Positions 28,777 to 37,561 of a stretch of DNA of 64,000 bases are shown in pieces. The stretch's first letter is position 1. Every line of letters starts with the position of its first letter. A model generated the notes under the pieces. It was given only the letters and a program-made list of their open reading frames with translations, was not told where the DNA came from and did no database searches. This DNA comes from Bacillota bacterium (GTDB lineage Bacteria > Bacillota > Clostridia > Christensenellales > SZUA-584): assembly GCA_023391105.1 (NCBI GenBank), contig JAEWBO010000013.1, positions 10,433 through 74,432 of the forward strand. The letters are read 5' to 3'. Position numbers and translations under genes: made by a program.

Positions 28777-29809
28777 TAAGCTCCGCAACCAGATACTTGG
28801 CTTTAGACCATATCAGCGACTCAAAATCCGCATCATCATGCGGCGCGCTGCCGTTGCCTGTGGGCGTGAGTTCTATGCAAAAGCCGGGGCGCGAGAAGTC
28901 CTGCCGGAACCAGTTTTCGAACCCGGCGGCATATACTGCCGGATCTTCGGATACAGGCATGAGCTCATAGCCTGTCACATCTGCCATTGTCTGCGCGATA
29001 GATGAGCCCGCCGCAATGCTGTCCTGCGTGCCGCTGTCCGCCCAGTAAATCACATCGCCCTTGGTGTGGAAAGAAGCGGTGAGCAAAAAGTCGTTATTCT
29101 TGCAGAGCGTCATTATGGCCTGAACCTCGGGTTCGGTGCCGGGCGCTGTGCCCTTATACATCTCTGAGCTTGGCATATCGGTATTGCTTTGCTTTTCGTC
29201 CCAGTGGCAGGGGTACTGGCGGTTTAAGTCCACGCCGTTTATGTTGGCCTTCCATTCCTCATAGCCAATCTGCAGCATACGCATAGATTTGACCCTCTCT
29301 GGATCCTTCACAGCCTCAACGCCGTTTTGTACGAGATTCACGCCATCAGGATTGACCATCGGCACAATATAAACCGTCACCTCATTAAGCAGCGCTTTTA
29401 TATCATACTCGCCGAAATCTTCTTTTGCGGCATAATGGCGTGCATATTCATCTGTCATCTCCATCAGAAACGTGGCGGTAATATATTCGCGTGCGTGGTG
29501 CGTTCCCGCAAGCATAATTTTCTGTTCACCCTTGCCAATCTTAATAAGCAAAAGCTCACGCCCTTCAACGGATTGTCCGATTGTGTCGGTGGCAATTAAA
29601 TCGGGATATGTGTCTGCCAGCATTTGAGCGTCGCTGAGCATTTGCTCATAACTGTAGGTTTGAGACGGGTTGACAACGTCTGCAAACTCATTGATTTCGT
29701 GTTGCGGAATATCTCCAATATCAACGATCTCAATATCTGGATTCGGTGCAGTGCATGCCGATATGCTTATAACCGCAATGATGATTAATATCAAGAGTGT
29801 TTTTTTCAT
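28751..29809 (-). CDS. lipoprotein M14-family zinc carboxypeptidase (gamma-D-glutamyl-meso-DAP peptidase-like)
   Basis: Lipobox ISISAC. Zinc motif GTHHAREYIT and IVPMVNPDG. Its 3' end overlaps the desulfurase 3' end by 26 bp. Confidence 0.85.
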   Translation of the reverse strand: MKKTLLILIIIAVISISACTAPNPDIEIVDIGDIPQHEINEFADVVNPSQTYSYEQMLSDAQMLADTYPDLIATDTIGQSVEGRELLLIKIGKGEQKIMLAGTHHAREYITATFLMEMTDEYARHYAAKEDFGEYDIKALLNEVTVYIVPMVNPDGVNLVQNGVEAVKDPERVKSMRMLQIGYEEWKANINGVDLNRQYPCHWDEKQSNTDMPSSEMYKGTAPGTEPEVQAIMTLCKNNDFLLTASFHTKGDVIYWADSGTQDSIAAGSSIAQTMADVTGYELMPVSEDPAVYAAGFENWFRQDFSRPGFCIELTPTGNGSAPHDDADFESLIWSKAKYLVAELINQALLEE

Positions 29810-29972
29810 GATATCCCTTTCTGTCTTTCCAAGCTGTTGTAATCAGTATAGCATTTATTATTTGCAATATAGCAAATAAACGTCATATTATATCGAAAGA
29901 TTTAACCTTTTTTATCCCAAAAATAAAAAAGCCTCCAAATTCTTAGATAGGGACTTTGTACAATGGTAAAAC

Positions 29973-30650
29973 TTATGTTTTAAAGATGTAGCCGTAGCCC
30001 CAAACAGTCTCTAAATACTTGTGATATGGTTTTATATTTTCACGGAGCGTCTTGATATGTGTATCCACTGTGCGATCGGTACCGAAGAAATCCTCTCCCC
30101 AGACCTCTCTTAATATCATATCCCGGGAAAAAGCGCGATTGTGGTTTTTGGCAAGAAAAACGAGCAGCTTGTATTCCTTGGGCGTTAATAGTATACCTTC
30201 CCCGTCCACATAGACAATATGTGACACGACATCAATGCACAAACCGTCGAAAATGAGCCGTCGCGGTGTATATTCCTCGTGATGGGCGCTGTGTCGCAGC
30301 AAAACGTGAATGCGGGCCATGAGCACCTTGCACGAATAGGGGCTGTTTAAAAAGTCATCTACGCCAAGCTCGAAGAAAAAAAGCTTTTGCTCTTCGCTTC
30401 CGTTCCTGGACAGTATGATGATTGGCGTTTGTGAGCTTTTCCGAATCTGCCGGCACACATGCCATGCGTCCAGCTCAGGAAGCTCCGCATTCATGACGAT
30501 AATATGATAGTCATGACGCCTGAACATTTTTAGTGCGGCGATACCGTCGGCGGCTTCGTCAACGACAAAGTTCTCAAGTGCTGCGTGTGTTTTTACCGTT
30601 GCTCTCAAATCTGCTGCCGGATCGACGACCAATAAGCAAATCTCACGCAT
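29973..30650 (-). CDS. OmpR-family response regulator with degenerate (pseudo-)receiver domain, no cognate kinase adjacent
   Basis: The winged-helix C-terminus is intact (LTPKEYKLLVFLAKN..., VWGYGYIF). The receiver has N54 where the phospho-Asp is expected (IIVMNAELP) and S where the conserved Lys is expected (FLNSPY). Confidence 0.85.
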   Translation of the reverse strand: MREICLLVVDPAADLRATVKTHAALENFVVDEAADGIAALKMFRRHDYHIIVMNAELPELDAWHVCRQIRKSSQTPIIILSRNGSEEQKLFFFELGVDDFLNSPYSCKVLMARIHVLLRHSAHHEEYTPRRLIFDGLCIDVVSHIVYVDGEGILLTPKEYKLLVFLAKNHNRAFSRDMILREVWGEDFFGTDRTVDTHIKTLRENIKPYHKYLETVWGYGYIFKT

Positions 30651-30962
30651 TTATCGGACCCTTTTTAAATCTGAATCGCTCACGTAGCTTATGAAAATAT
30701 CTCTAGATGTGTGAATGTAATAATTAATATTCTATATCAATCGTATGATAGAAGCAAGTGATGTCAGGTTTTTTATGGAAATGTGATGATTTTGTGAAGG
30801 ATGCGAAGGTTTAGCCAATAATTCAATGCTTTAAAACGGACTTAAAAGATTATAATTGTGAAGTTTCATCATTTTTTCATAACAATGCTTTGATATGATG
30901 CCACTATACCCTGAATACACTTTCACCATTCAGCCTAAATAAATGCGCTTGGAGGTAAAAAA

Positions 30963-31475
30963 ATGAGCACGAAACCTGTCGAAGCCACGTGTGGCTGCTG
31001 CAAGGAATGCAACGATGACAAATTCGCAGCCATTGCCAATGTGATTGATTTGTACAAGGATAAGGAAGGAAGCCTGATTCAGATACTCCATCTTGCGCAG
31101 CAGATTTATGGCTATCTGCCGCTTGATGTTCAGGTGTTCATTGCAGATTCGCTTCATATTCCTCTCTCAGAGATATCCGGTGTGATCACCTTCTACTCGT
31201 TTTTCTCCACAGAGCCAAGAGGACAGCACACCATCCGTGTCTGCCTTGGAACGGCTTGTTACGTAAGAGGCGGTAAAAAAATCGTTGAAAGCCTCAAGGA
31301 AAAGCTGGACGTGGACGTCGGCGGCACCACCATGGACGGCAAATTCACTTTCGAAGTTGCAAGATGCATCGGCGCATGCGGGCTTGCCCCGGCGATGATG
31401 ATAGACGACGTTGTCTACAAGCAGGTCAATGTCAACAAATTGAATGCGATATTGGCTAAATATGATAACGAATAA
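30963..31475 (+). CDS. hydC: [FeFe]-hydrogenase complex subunit, NuoE/HydC-like [2Fe-2S] protein
   Basis: VCLGTACYVRGG...CIGACGLAP thioredoxin-like 2Fe-2S motif. Cys-rich N-terminus CGCCKEC. Confidence 0.85.
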   Translation: MSTKPVEATCGCCKECNDDKFAAIANVIDLYKDKEGSLIQILHLAQQIYGYLPLDVQVFIADSLHIPLSEISGVITFYSFFSTEPRGQHTIRVCLGTACYVRGGKKIVESLKEKLDVDVGGTTMDGKFTFEVARCIGACGLAPAMMIDDVVYKQVNVNKLNAILAKYDNE

Positions 31476-31488
31476 GGAGGTGAACGAA

Positions 31489-34400
31489 ATGAAATCAGGC
31501 AAAATTGAATCAATTGACCAACTCAATGGGATTAAAGAGAAATATAATTCAGATCTGGAAACGTACAAATACAGGATATTCGTCTGTGCAGGCGCAGGCT
31601 GCGTATCATCAAACTGTGCTCTTGTTCGGGATGCTGTCATTAGCGAGATCATAAGCATCGGCATGCAGAATGAGGTTAAGGTGTTTGAAACTGGCTGTAT
31701 GGGAACCTGCGCGGTTGGCCCAGTGATGCTTGTGATGCCGGATAAGGTTTTCTACACCGATCTCAATGAAGAAAAAGCCAGGCAGATCGTCCGTACGCAT
31801 ATTAAAAACGGCCATACGATCGTCCCATATACGTTCTATGACTATTCGCTTGGTAAGCATGTTCCGTGCATCGACGATATTGCATTCTTTAAAAAGCAGG
31901 TTAAAATCGCGCTGCGGAACTGCGGCTCGATGGAATATGCGGATATCGAAGCATATATAGCCCGGGACGGCTATTATGCCGCTTATAAAGCGCTAAAGGA
32001 TATGACGCCGCAAACAATTGTGCAGGAGGTCAAGACATCAGGCATCAAGGGACGCGGCGGTGCGGGCTTCCCCACGGGCATCAAATGGGAAGCGGCTCAG
32101 AAACAGAAAAGTGACAAAAAATATATCGTCTGCAACGCCGACGAAGGCGACCCCGGTGCTTTCATGGACAGAAGCATTATCGAGGGTGATCCCCATACCG
32201 TCATCGAGGGTATGATGATTGGCGGATATGCCATAGGAGCCACGACGGGTTATATCTACGTGCGTGCTGAGTACCCCATCGCAGTAGACAGAATGACGGC
32301 GGCGCTTTATGAGGCAAGAAGCAGAGGTCTGCTCGGGAAAGACATATTCGGAAGCGGTTTTTCGTTTGATATCGAGCTCAGAATCGGTGCGGGCGCTTTT
32401 GTATGCGGCGAAGAAACATCGCTAATGGCATCAATTGAGGGTCATCGCGGAGAACCCAAGCAAAAACCGCCTTTCCCGTTCCAGAAAGGCCTCTTTGGGA
32501 AGCCAACAATCATCAATAATGTGGAGACATATGCCAGCATTGCGATGATCATACTCAACGGCGGCGAGTGGTACACGCAATTCGGGACAGAAAATAGCAA
32601 GGGCACAAAGGTTTTTGCACTTGCAGGTGACGTCATGAACACGGGCATCGTTGAGGTGCCCATCGGTATTCCGCTCGGAGACATAATATTTGAAATCGGC
32701 GGCGGAACCGCCAACAAGAAGAAGTTCAAATCCGCACAAATCGGCGGGCCTTCAGGCGGCTGCATTACGACAGATAACCTCAATGTACCGACGGACTATG
32801 AACCATTAAAAGAGCTTGGCGCGATCATGGGATCGGGAGGGCTTATCGTCATGAACGAGGATGCCTGTATGGTCGATACCGCGCGATTTTTTATGGATTT
32901 CATAAAGGATGAGTCCTGCGGCAAATGCACGGCCTGTCGTATCGGCACCAAGCGCATGCTTGAGATACTCGAGCGCATCACGCGGGGCGAAGGCGAAGAA
33001 GGTGATGTGGAGCTATTAATCGAGCTTGGTGAGACAATCCAGGAGACGGCTATGTGCGGCCTCGGACAGACGGCACCGAATCCTGTGCTCTCAACTATTA
33101 AGTATTTTCGCGAAGAATATGACGAGCATATTAGAAACAAGTATTGCCGCGCGGGTGTGTGCAGCGATCTGTTCATTTCGCCGTGTGAGAACACCTGTCC
33201 CGCTAATGTCAATGTTCCGGGATATATGTCGCTTATCGCCGCAGGGCGGTTCAACGATGCCTACAAATTGATCCGGCAGGAAAACCCCTTCCCTGCCGTT
33301 TGCGGTCGTATCTGCACACGGCCCTGTGAGAGCAAATGCCGCAGGCGCACGGTGGACGAAGCGCTGGCCATTTGCGATCTCAAGAGGTTTGTTGCTGACT
33401 ACGCGATGAATAACAGTAAGAATACGTATCAGACCGATGTTGTGTTCCCGAAAAACGGGAAAAACATCGCAGTCATCGGTGCGGGCGCGTCGGGGCTGAC
33501 ATGCGCATATTATCTCGCGCGTATCGGTTATGACGTGGACGTGTTCGAATCGCATAACACAGCGGGCGGTGTGCTGGCATATGGCATTCCGGAATACCGC
33601 CTCCCCAAGGATGTGCTTGATGATGAAGTCAAGCTTATCGAGCAAACGGGTGTCAAAATTCATCTGAATACTGAGGTGGGCCGTGACATTATGTTTAAAG
33701 AGCTCAAGGCCACATATGACGCGATTTACATCGCAACGGGTACACAACTGCCGCAAAAGATCAATGTGCCTGGAGAAAGCCTGCCAGGCGTTGTGCATGG
33801 CATCAAGTTCTTAAAAAAAGCCAACACGCACGCTCCGATCGAAATGGGTAAAAACGTGGTCGTTATCGGCGGCGGCAACACAGCGATAGACTCCGCAAGG
33901 ACAGCGCTTCGGCTGGGAGCGGATAAGGTCACGATACTCTACAGACGCACCTGCGATTCAATGCCGGCATACGAACAAGAAATACGCGAAGCCGTTGAAG
34001 AAGGCATTGAGCTCATACCGCTTGCTGCACCCGTGCGGTTCATTCCGGGCCCAGATGGTCGGGTGTCAAAAATCGAATGTGTCAGGATGTGCCTTGGAGA
34101 TTTTGATGCCTCTTGCCGCAGGCGCAGCGTTTATGTGGAGGATTCAAACTTCTTCATTGATGCCGACATGGTTATCCCTGCGGTCAGCCAGTTTGCGGAC
34201 TTTCCGTTCATCGGGAAAGACGAAATTGGACTCACACCCTGGGGCACGTTCATACTGCGAAGCGACACGCAGATGACCACGATGGATGGCGTATTTGCAG
34301 GCGGTGACGTCACCCGTGGGCCGGATGAGGTGATACGCGCGATTGCAGACGGCAAAAATGCCGCGATTTCGATCGACAAATATCTTGGCGGTAAAGGACA

Positions 34401-34593
34401 TCTCAATAAGGGTGAGCCAATAGATATTCCCGAAATCACAGATGAAGACGATATTGTGGCTCATGGCCGGTTTGATCTTGAAATACTTGATCCGAAGACG
34501 CGCAAATATTCGTTCGATGAAGTGATTAAGGGTTACCATAAGCTCAACGCGATGGCAGAAGCTATGCGCTGTCTGCATTGTGAAAGGAGGTAG
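31489..34593 (+). CDS. hydB: NuoF/HydB-like flavoprotein fused to a GltD/NfnB-like NADPH-dependent FAD oxidoreductase module
   Basis: ATG at 31489 after AAGGAGG. N-terminal 2Fe-2S domain, GRGGAGFPTG (FMN) and ESCGKCTACRIG (4Fe-4S). From ~33140: CENTCPANV...CGRICTRPCESKC, VIGAGASGLTCAYYL (FAD) and VVIGGGNTAIDSAR (NADPH). Confidence 0.85.
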   Translation: MKSGKIESIDQLNGIKEKYNSDLETYKYRIFVCAGAGCVSSNCALVRDAVISEIISIGMQNEVKVFETGCMGTCAVGPVMLVMPDKVFYTDLNEEKARQIVRTHIKNGHTIVPYTFYDYSLGKHVPCIDDIAFFKKQVKIALRNCGSMEYADIEAYIARDGYYAAYKALKDMTPQTIVQEVKTSGIKGRGGAGFPTGIKWEAAQKQKSDKKYIVCNADEGDPGAFMDRSIIEGDPHTVIEGMMIGGYAIGATTGYIYVRAEYPIAVDRMTAALYEARSRGLLGKDIFGSGFSFDIELRIGAGAFVCGEETSLMASIEGHRGEPKQKPPFPFQKGLFGKPTIINNVETYASIAMIILNGGEWYTQFGTENSKGTKVFALAGDVMNTGIVEVPIGIPLGDIIFEIGGGTANKKKFKSAQIGGPSGGCITTDNLNVPTDYEPLKELGAIMGSGGLIVMNEDACMVDTARFFMDFIKDESCGKCTACRIGTKRMLEILERITRGEGEEGDVELLIELGETIQETAMCGLGQTAPNPVLSTIKYFREEYDEHIRNKYCRAGVCSDLFISPCENTCPANVNVPGYMSLIAAGRFNDAYKLIRQENPFPAVCGRICTRPCESKCRRRTVDEALAICDLKRFVADYAMNNSKNTYQTDVVFPKNGKNIAVIGAGASGLTCAYYLARIGYDVDVFESHNTAGGVLAYGIPEYRLPKDVLDDEVKLIEQTGVKIHLNTEVGRDIMFKELKATYDAIYIATGTQLPQKINVPGESLPGVVHGIKFLKKANTHAPIEMGKNVVVIGGGNTAIDSARTALRLGADKVTILYRRTCDSMPAYEQEIREAVEEGIELIPLAAPVRFIPGPDGRVSKIECVRMCLGDFDASCRRRSVYVEDSNFFIDADMVIPAVSQFADFPFIGKDEIGLTPWGTFILRSDTQMTTMDGVFAGGDVTRGPDEVIRAIADGKNAAISIDKYLGGKGHLNKGEPIDIPEITDEDDIVAHGRFDLEILDPKTRKYSFDEVIKGYHKLNAMAEAMRCLHCERR

Positions 34594-34599
34594 TCATTG

Positions 34600-36624
34600 A
34601 TGATTAATTTGCAGATTAACGGCCGCTTAGTGACTGTTCCCAAGGATTATACCATCATGGATGCAGCCAAAACTGTGGGAATCAAAATACCTGGACTTTG
34701 CCAGATGGACGGTGTTCACCAGTTTGGTTCCTGCCGCATTTGTGTTGTGGAGGTCGAAGGTGCGAAAACCTTGCAGGCGTCTTGCCTGGCGAAGGTCGCC
34801 GAAGGTATGGTTGTGGAGACAAATACGGCAAAGGTGAGAAACGCGCGGCGTGTGCTCTATGAGCTGCTGCTTTCAGATCATGATAAGGACTGCTTAAGCT
34901 GTACGAGAAACCAGAGCTGTGAGCTTCAAGAGCTCGGCAAAATTCTCGGTGTAAGTGAATCGCGTTTCGACGGCGAACATTCGGAATTTAATCTTGACTC
35001 CTCCGTATCCATTACGCGAAATATGTCCAAATGCGTGCTGTGCAGGCGATGTGTCACTGTCTGCAACGAAATTCAGGGAACCGGCATACTCAATGCGCAA
35101 AACCGCGGTTTCCAGACTGTGATAGGCCCCGCGATGGATTTAAAGCTTGGCACCGTCAACTGCGTATTCTGCGGACAGTGTACGGTGGTGTGCCCGGTGG
35201 GTGCGCTTAAAGAAACAGATGCCATCCAACCTGTCTGGAAGGCGCTCAGCGATGAGAAAAAAAGATGTGTGGTACAGGTGGCTCCTGCGATTCGGGTAGC
35301 GATCGGAGAGGAGTTCGGGTATGAACCCGGTGCACGTGTGACGGGTAAGCTGGCGCAGGCTCTTTCTACGCTGGGGTTTGACGATATATTTGATACAAAT
35401 TTCGCCGCTGATCTCACGATTATGGAGGAAGGCACAGAATTTTTGACACGTGTGAAAAGAGCGCTGACCGGCGGTGAAGCCGCATTGCCGATGATTACAT
35501 CGTGCAGCCCCGGTTGGATTAAATACATAGAGCATTCCTACACTGATCTTCTCCCCCATCTCTCCACATGCAAATCGCCGCATACCATGCTGGGTGCGCT
35601 GGTCAAATCGTTCTATGCTGAAAAAATCGGCTATGATCCGAAGGACATGTACGTGGTGTCGGTGATGCCGTGTACCGCCAAGAAGTTTGAGATCAGCCGT
35701 CATGAGATGTGCAATAATGATGTTCCCAATGTGGATGCGGTGCTCACAACAAGAGAGCTTGGGCAAATGGTACGTGAAGCGGGTATTGACTTTGCTTTGC
35801 TGGAGGATCGTGAGTTTGATAATCCGCTTGGAATGTCGACGGGCGCTGCCGATATTTTCGGTGTGACAGGAGGCGTCATGGAAGCCGCATTGCGCACTGT
35901 ATACGAGCTTGTGACGGGGCGCGAACTACCGTTTGACAAGCTGCATGTCGCACCTATTGTGGGGTTAGAGCAAATAAAAACTGCTGAGATAAAGATTGAG
36001 GATACACTGCCGAATTATAAGTTCCTTGAAGGCATTGTCGTCAAGGTAGCCGTGACGAGCGGCCTTTCAGGCGCGAAGATACTCATGGATCAGATTAAAA
36101 ACGGTGAATCGCCCTATCACTTCATCGAAGTGATGGGCTGTCCCAGCGGATGTATCATGGGAGGCGGTCAACCGAGATCAAAAGATGTTGATGTGAGGAA
36201 AAAACGTCTCCAGGGTATTTACGACGAGGATGAAGCAAAGGTCATTCGGAAATCGCATGATAACCCATCCGTTATAAAGCTTTATGAAGAGTACCTTGAA
36301 CTTCCCAACAGCCATGTGTCACACAAGCTGCTGCATACGCATTATGTCAAACGCGGACGGTTTAATGAGTTCCTGGAGGACGAATATGTGAATGAAGAGG
36401 TGATTCCTATGACGCAAAAGAACAAAGCTTCGTCAAATCAGTCGCAAAAAAAAACCGCTCAGGAACGCGCATCCAGACGGGTTCATGAGGACTTAGAGTC
36501 GGTTAGGGTGATGTCTTTAGAGGCTGAGGTCACTCGGCTCAAACAGGAATTATCCGATTCTCAGGAGACTGTCGAGATACTAAAAGATGTGATGAGCGAT
36601 TACGCTAAGAAACCCAAACGATAA
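34600..36624 (+). CDS. hydA: [FeFe]-hydrogenase catalytic subunit (M3-type accessory clusters) with variant L1 motif and C-terminal extension
   Basis: 2Fe-2S N-domain, HDKDCLSCTRNQSC, two CxxCxxCxxxC ferredoxin motifs. H-cluster motifs are L1 TSCSPGW, L2 MPCTAKKFE, L3 EVMGCPSGCIMGGGQP. ATG at 34600 follows GAAAGGAGG. Confidence 0.9.
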   Translation: MINLQINGRLVTVPKDYTIMDAAKTVGIKIPGLCQMDGVHQFGSCRICVVEVEGAKTLQASCLAKVAEGMVVETNTAKVRNARRVLYELLLSDHDKDCLSCTRNQSCELQELGKILGVSESRFDGEHSEFNLDSSVSITRNMSKCVLCRRCVTVCNEIQGTGILNAQNRGFQTVIGPAMDLKLGTVNCVFCGQCTVVCPVGALKETDAIQPVWKALSDEKKRCVVQVAPAIRVAIGEEFGYEPGARVTGKLAQALSTLGFDDIFDTNFAADLTIMEEGTEFLTRVKRALTGGEAALPMITSCSPGWIKYIEHSYTDLLPHLSTCKSPHTMLGALVKSFYAEKIGYDPKDMYVVSVMPCTAKKFEISRHEMCNNDVPNVDAVLTTRELGQMVREAGIDFALLEDREFDNPLGMSTGAADIFGVTGGVMEAALRTVYELVTGRELPFDKLHVAPIVGLEQIKTAEIKIEDTLPNYKFLEGIVVKVAVTSGLSGAKILMDQIKNGESPYHFIEVMGCPSGCIMGGGQPRSKDVDVRKKRLQGIYDEDEAKVIRKSHDNPSVIKLYEEYLELPNSHVSHKLLHTHYVKRGRFNEFLEDEYVNEEVIPMTQKNKASSNQSQKKTAQERASRRVHEDLESVRVMSLEAEVTRLKQELSDSQETVEILKDVMSDYAKKPKR

Positions 36625-36771
36625 ATGAGGGCGGCAAAACTCCAAATGTTATTCAGATCGAGCAAAGCGATAGCGAAGGTTCTCATTCAGTCGAGTATTT
36701 CAAATGTCATACACACCGTCGCTTTGCTCCTCCACATGACGGGTTGGGTTTTTAGGCAAGCTAGAAAGATT

Positions 36772-36812
36772 GCGCCGGCTTTTTACTTGTGTTTCTTATT
36801 GGAAGCCGGCGC
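36772..36812. terminator. hairpin between hydA (+) and the convergent methyltransferase gene (-)
   Basis: GCGCCGGCTT / AAGCCGGCGC 10-bp GC-rich stem with ~21-nt loop. Confidence 0.5.
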
Positions 36813-36844
36813 GCGAGTATTGTCATTTTAGAATTAGTCACGAT

Positions 36845-37456
36845 TTAAACGATGAACGGAATAAACCTTTTTGAGTGCTTCATGTAATCGCGATATTCGT
36901 CCCCGAACTCGTCAAGCATGTCTTTCTCCTCCCGCTTCGCGAGCCGCACATACATAAAAACTATGACAGGAAACAGAATCAGCAAAGGAAGAGTGGCCCA
37001 TTCAATCAGCATCCCCAAAGAGAGCAGGAGCAAGCCGGCGTACTGTGGATGGCGTATGTATCTGTAAATACCTGATCTGACCAGTAGGCCTGTTCCCTTT
37101 TCTTTAGACCAGTAATGCTTATAAATATGATACCAGCCATTGATAATTAGAATCAAAGCAACAACAGCACAACCAATATTGATATACATGCCAAGATGCC
37201 CGACGGAATTAAACAATGTGTGTCCCCATAGCACGCCTTCCGGAAGCGTTTTGCCAACGATCCAAGAGATAATGTACATGCTGAAGGGTATGCCATGCAT
37301 CTCAATTGCAAATGCAATGACAAAGGCGATATAAGTACCGATGGGCTTTTTATCCATCCTCTTGTAAAACGGAATAAAGATAAGAACAATACTATAGACA
37401 ACGATGAAGAAGATGACCCCAAACCAGTTTAAAAAGTGACTTTCCGTGGTTTCCAT
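36845..37456 (-). CDS. isoprenylcysteine carboxyl methyltransferase (ICMT/PEMT)-family membrane methyltransferase
   Basis: RHPQYAGLLL...EEKDMLDEFGDEYRDY C-terminal signature and 5 TM helices. Start at the ATG at 37456 (METTESH). Confidence 0.8.
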   Translation of the reverse strand: METTESHFLNWFGVIFFIVVYSIVLIFIPFYKRMDKKPIGTYIAFVIAFAIEMHGIPFSMYIISWIVGKTLPEGVLWGHTLFNSVGHLGMYINIGCAVVALILIINGWYHIYKHYWSKEKGTGLLVRSGIYRYIRHPQYAGLLLLSLGMLIEWATLPLLILFPVIVFMYVRLAKREEKDMLDEFGDEYRDYMKHSKRFIPFIV

Positions 37457-37561
37457 TAGACTACACCTCACATAATTATGATATGCAGTACGATTTCGTA
37501 CTGCTGAGGTTATAATATCAGTGTAGTCTTAAACCACGATCATTCCCATCTTAAATTTACC

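Noticed and set aside
30856-30885. TTGTGAAGTTTCATCATTTTTTCATAACAA in the hyd promoter region, considered as a possible Rex operator.
   Set aside because: Only the outer TTGT/ACAA and an inner TGAA-GT-TTCA match. The spacing does not fit TTGTGAA-N4-TTCACAA, so it is not convincing without a scoring matrix.
33091-33798. 235-aa minus-strand ORF inside the hydB-gltD gene, plus others at 32431..33254, 34131..34578, 35073..35766 and 35700..35939.
   Set aside because: All are antisense to strongly supported hydrogenase genes. They have no SD and nonsense-like composition.
36625-36831. 68-aa ORF immediately after hydA.
   Set aside because: It has no SD, it spans the terminator hairpin, and its hydrophobic, Arg-rich composition looks random.
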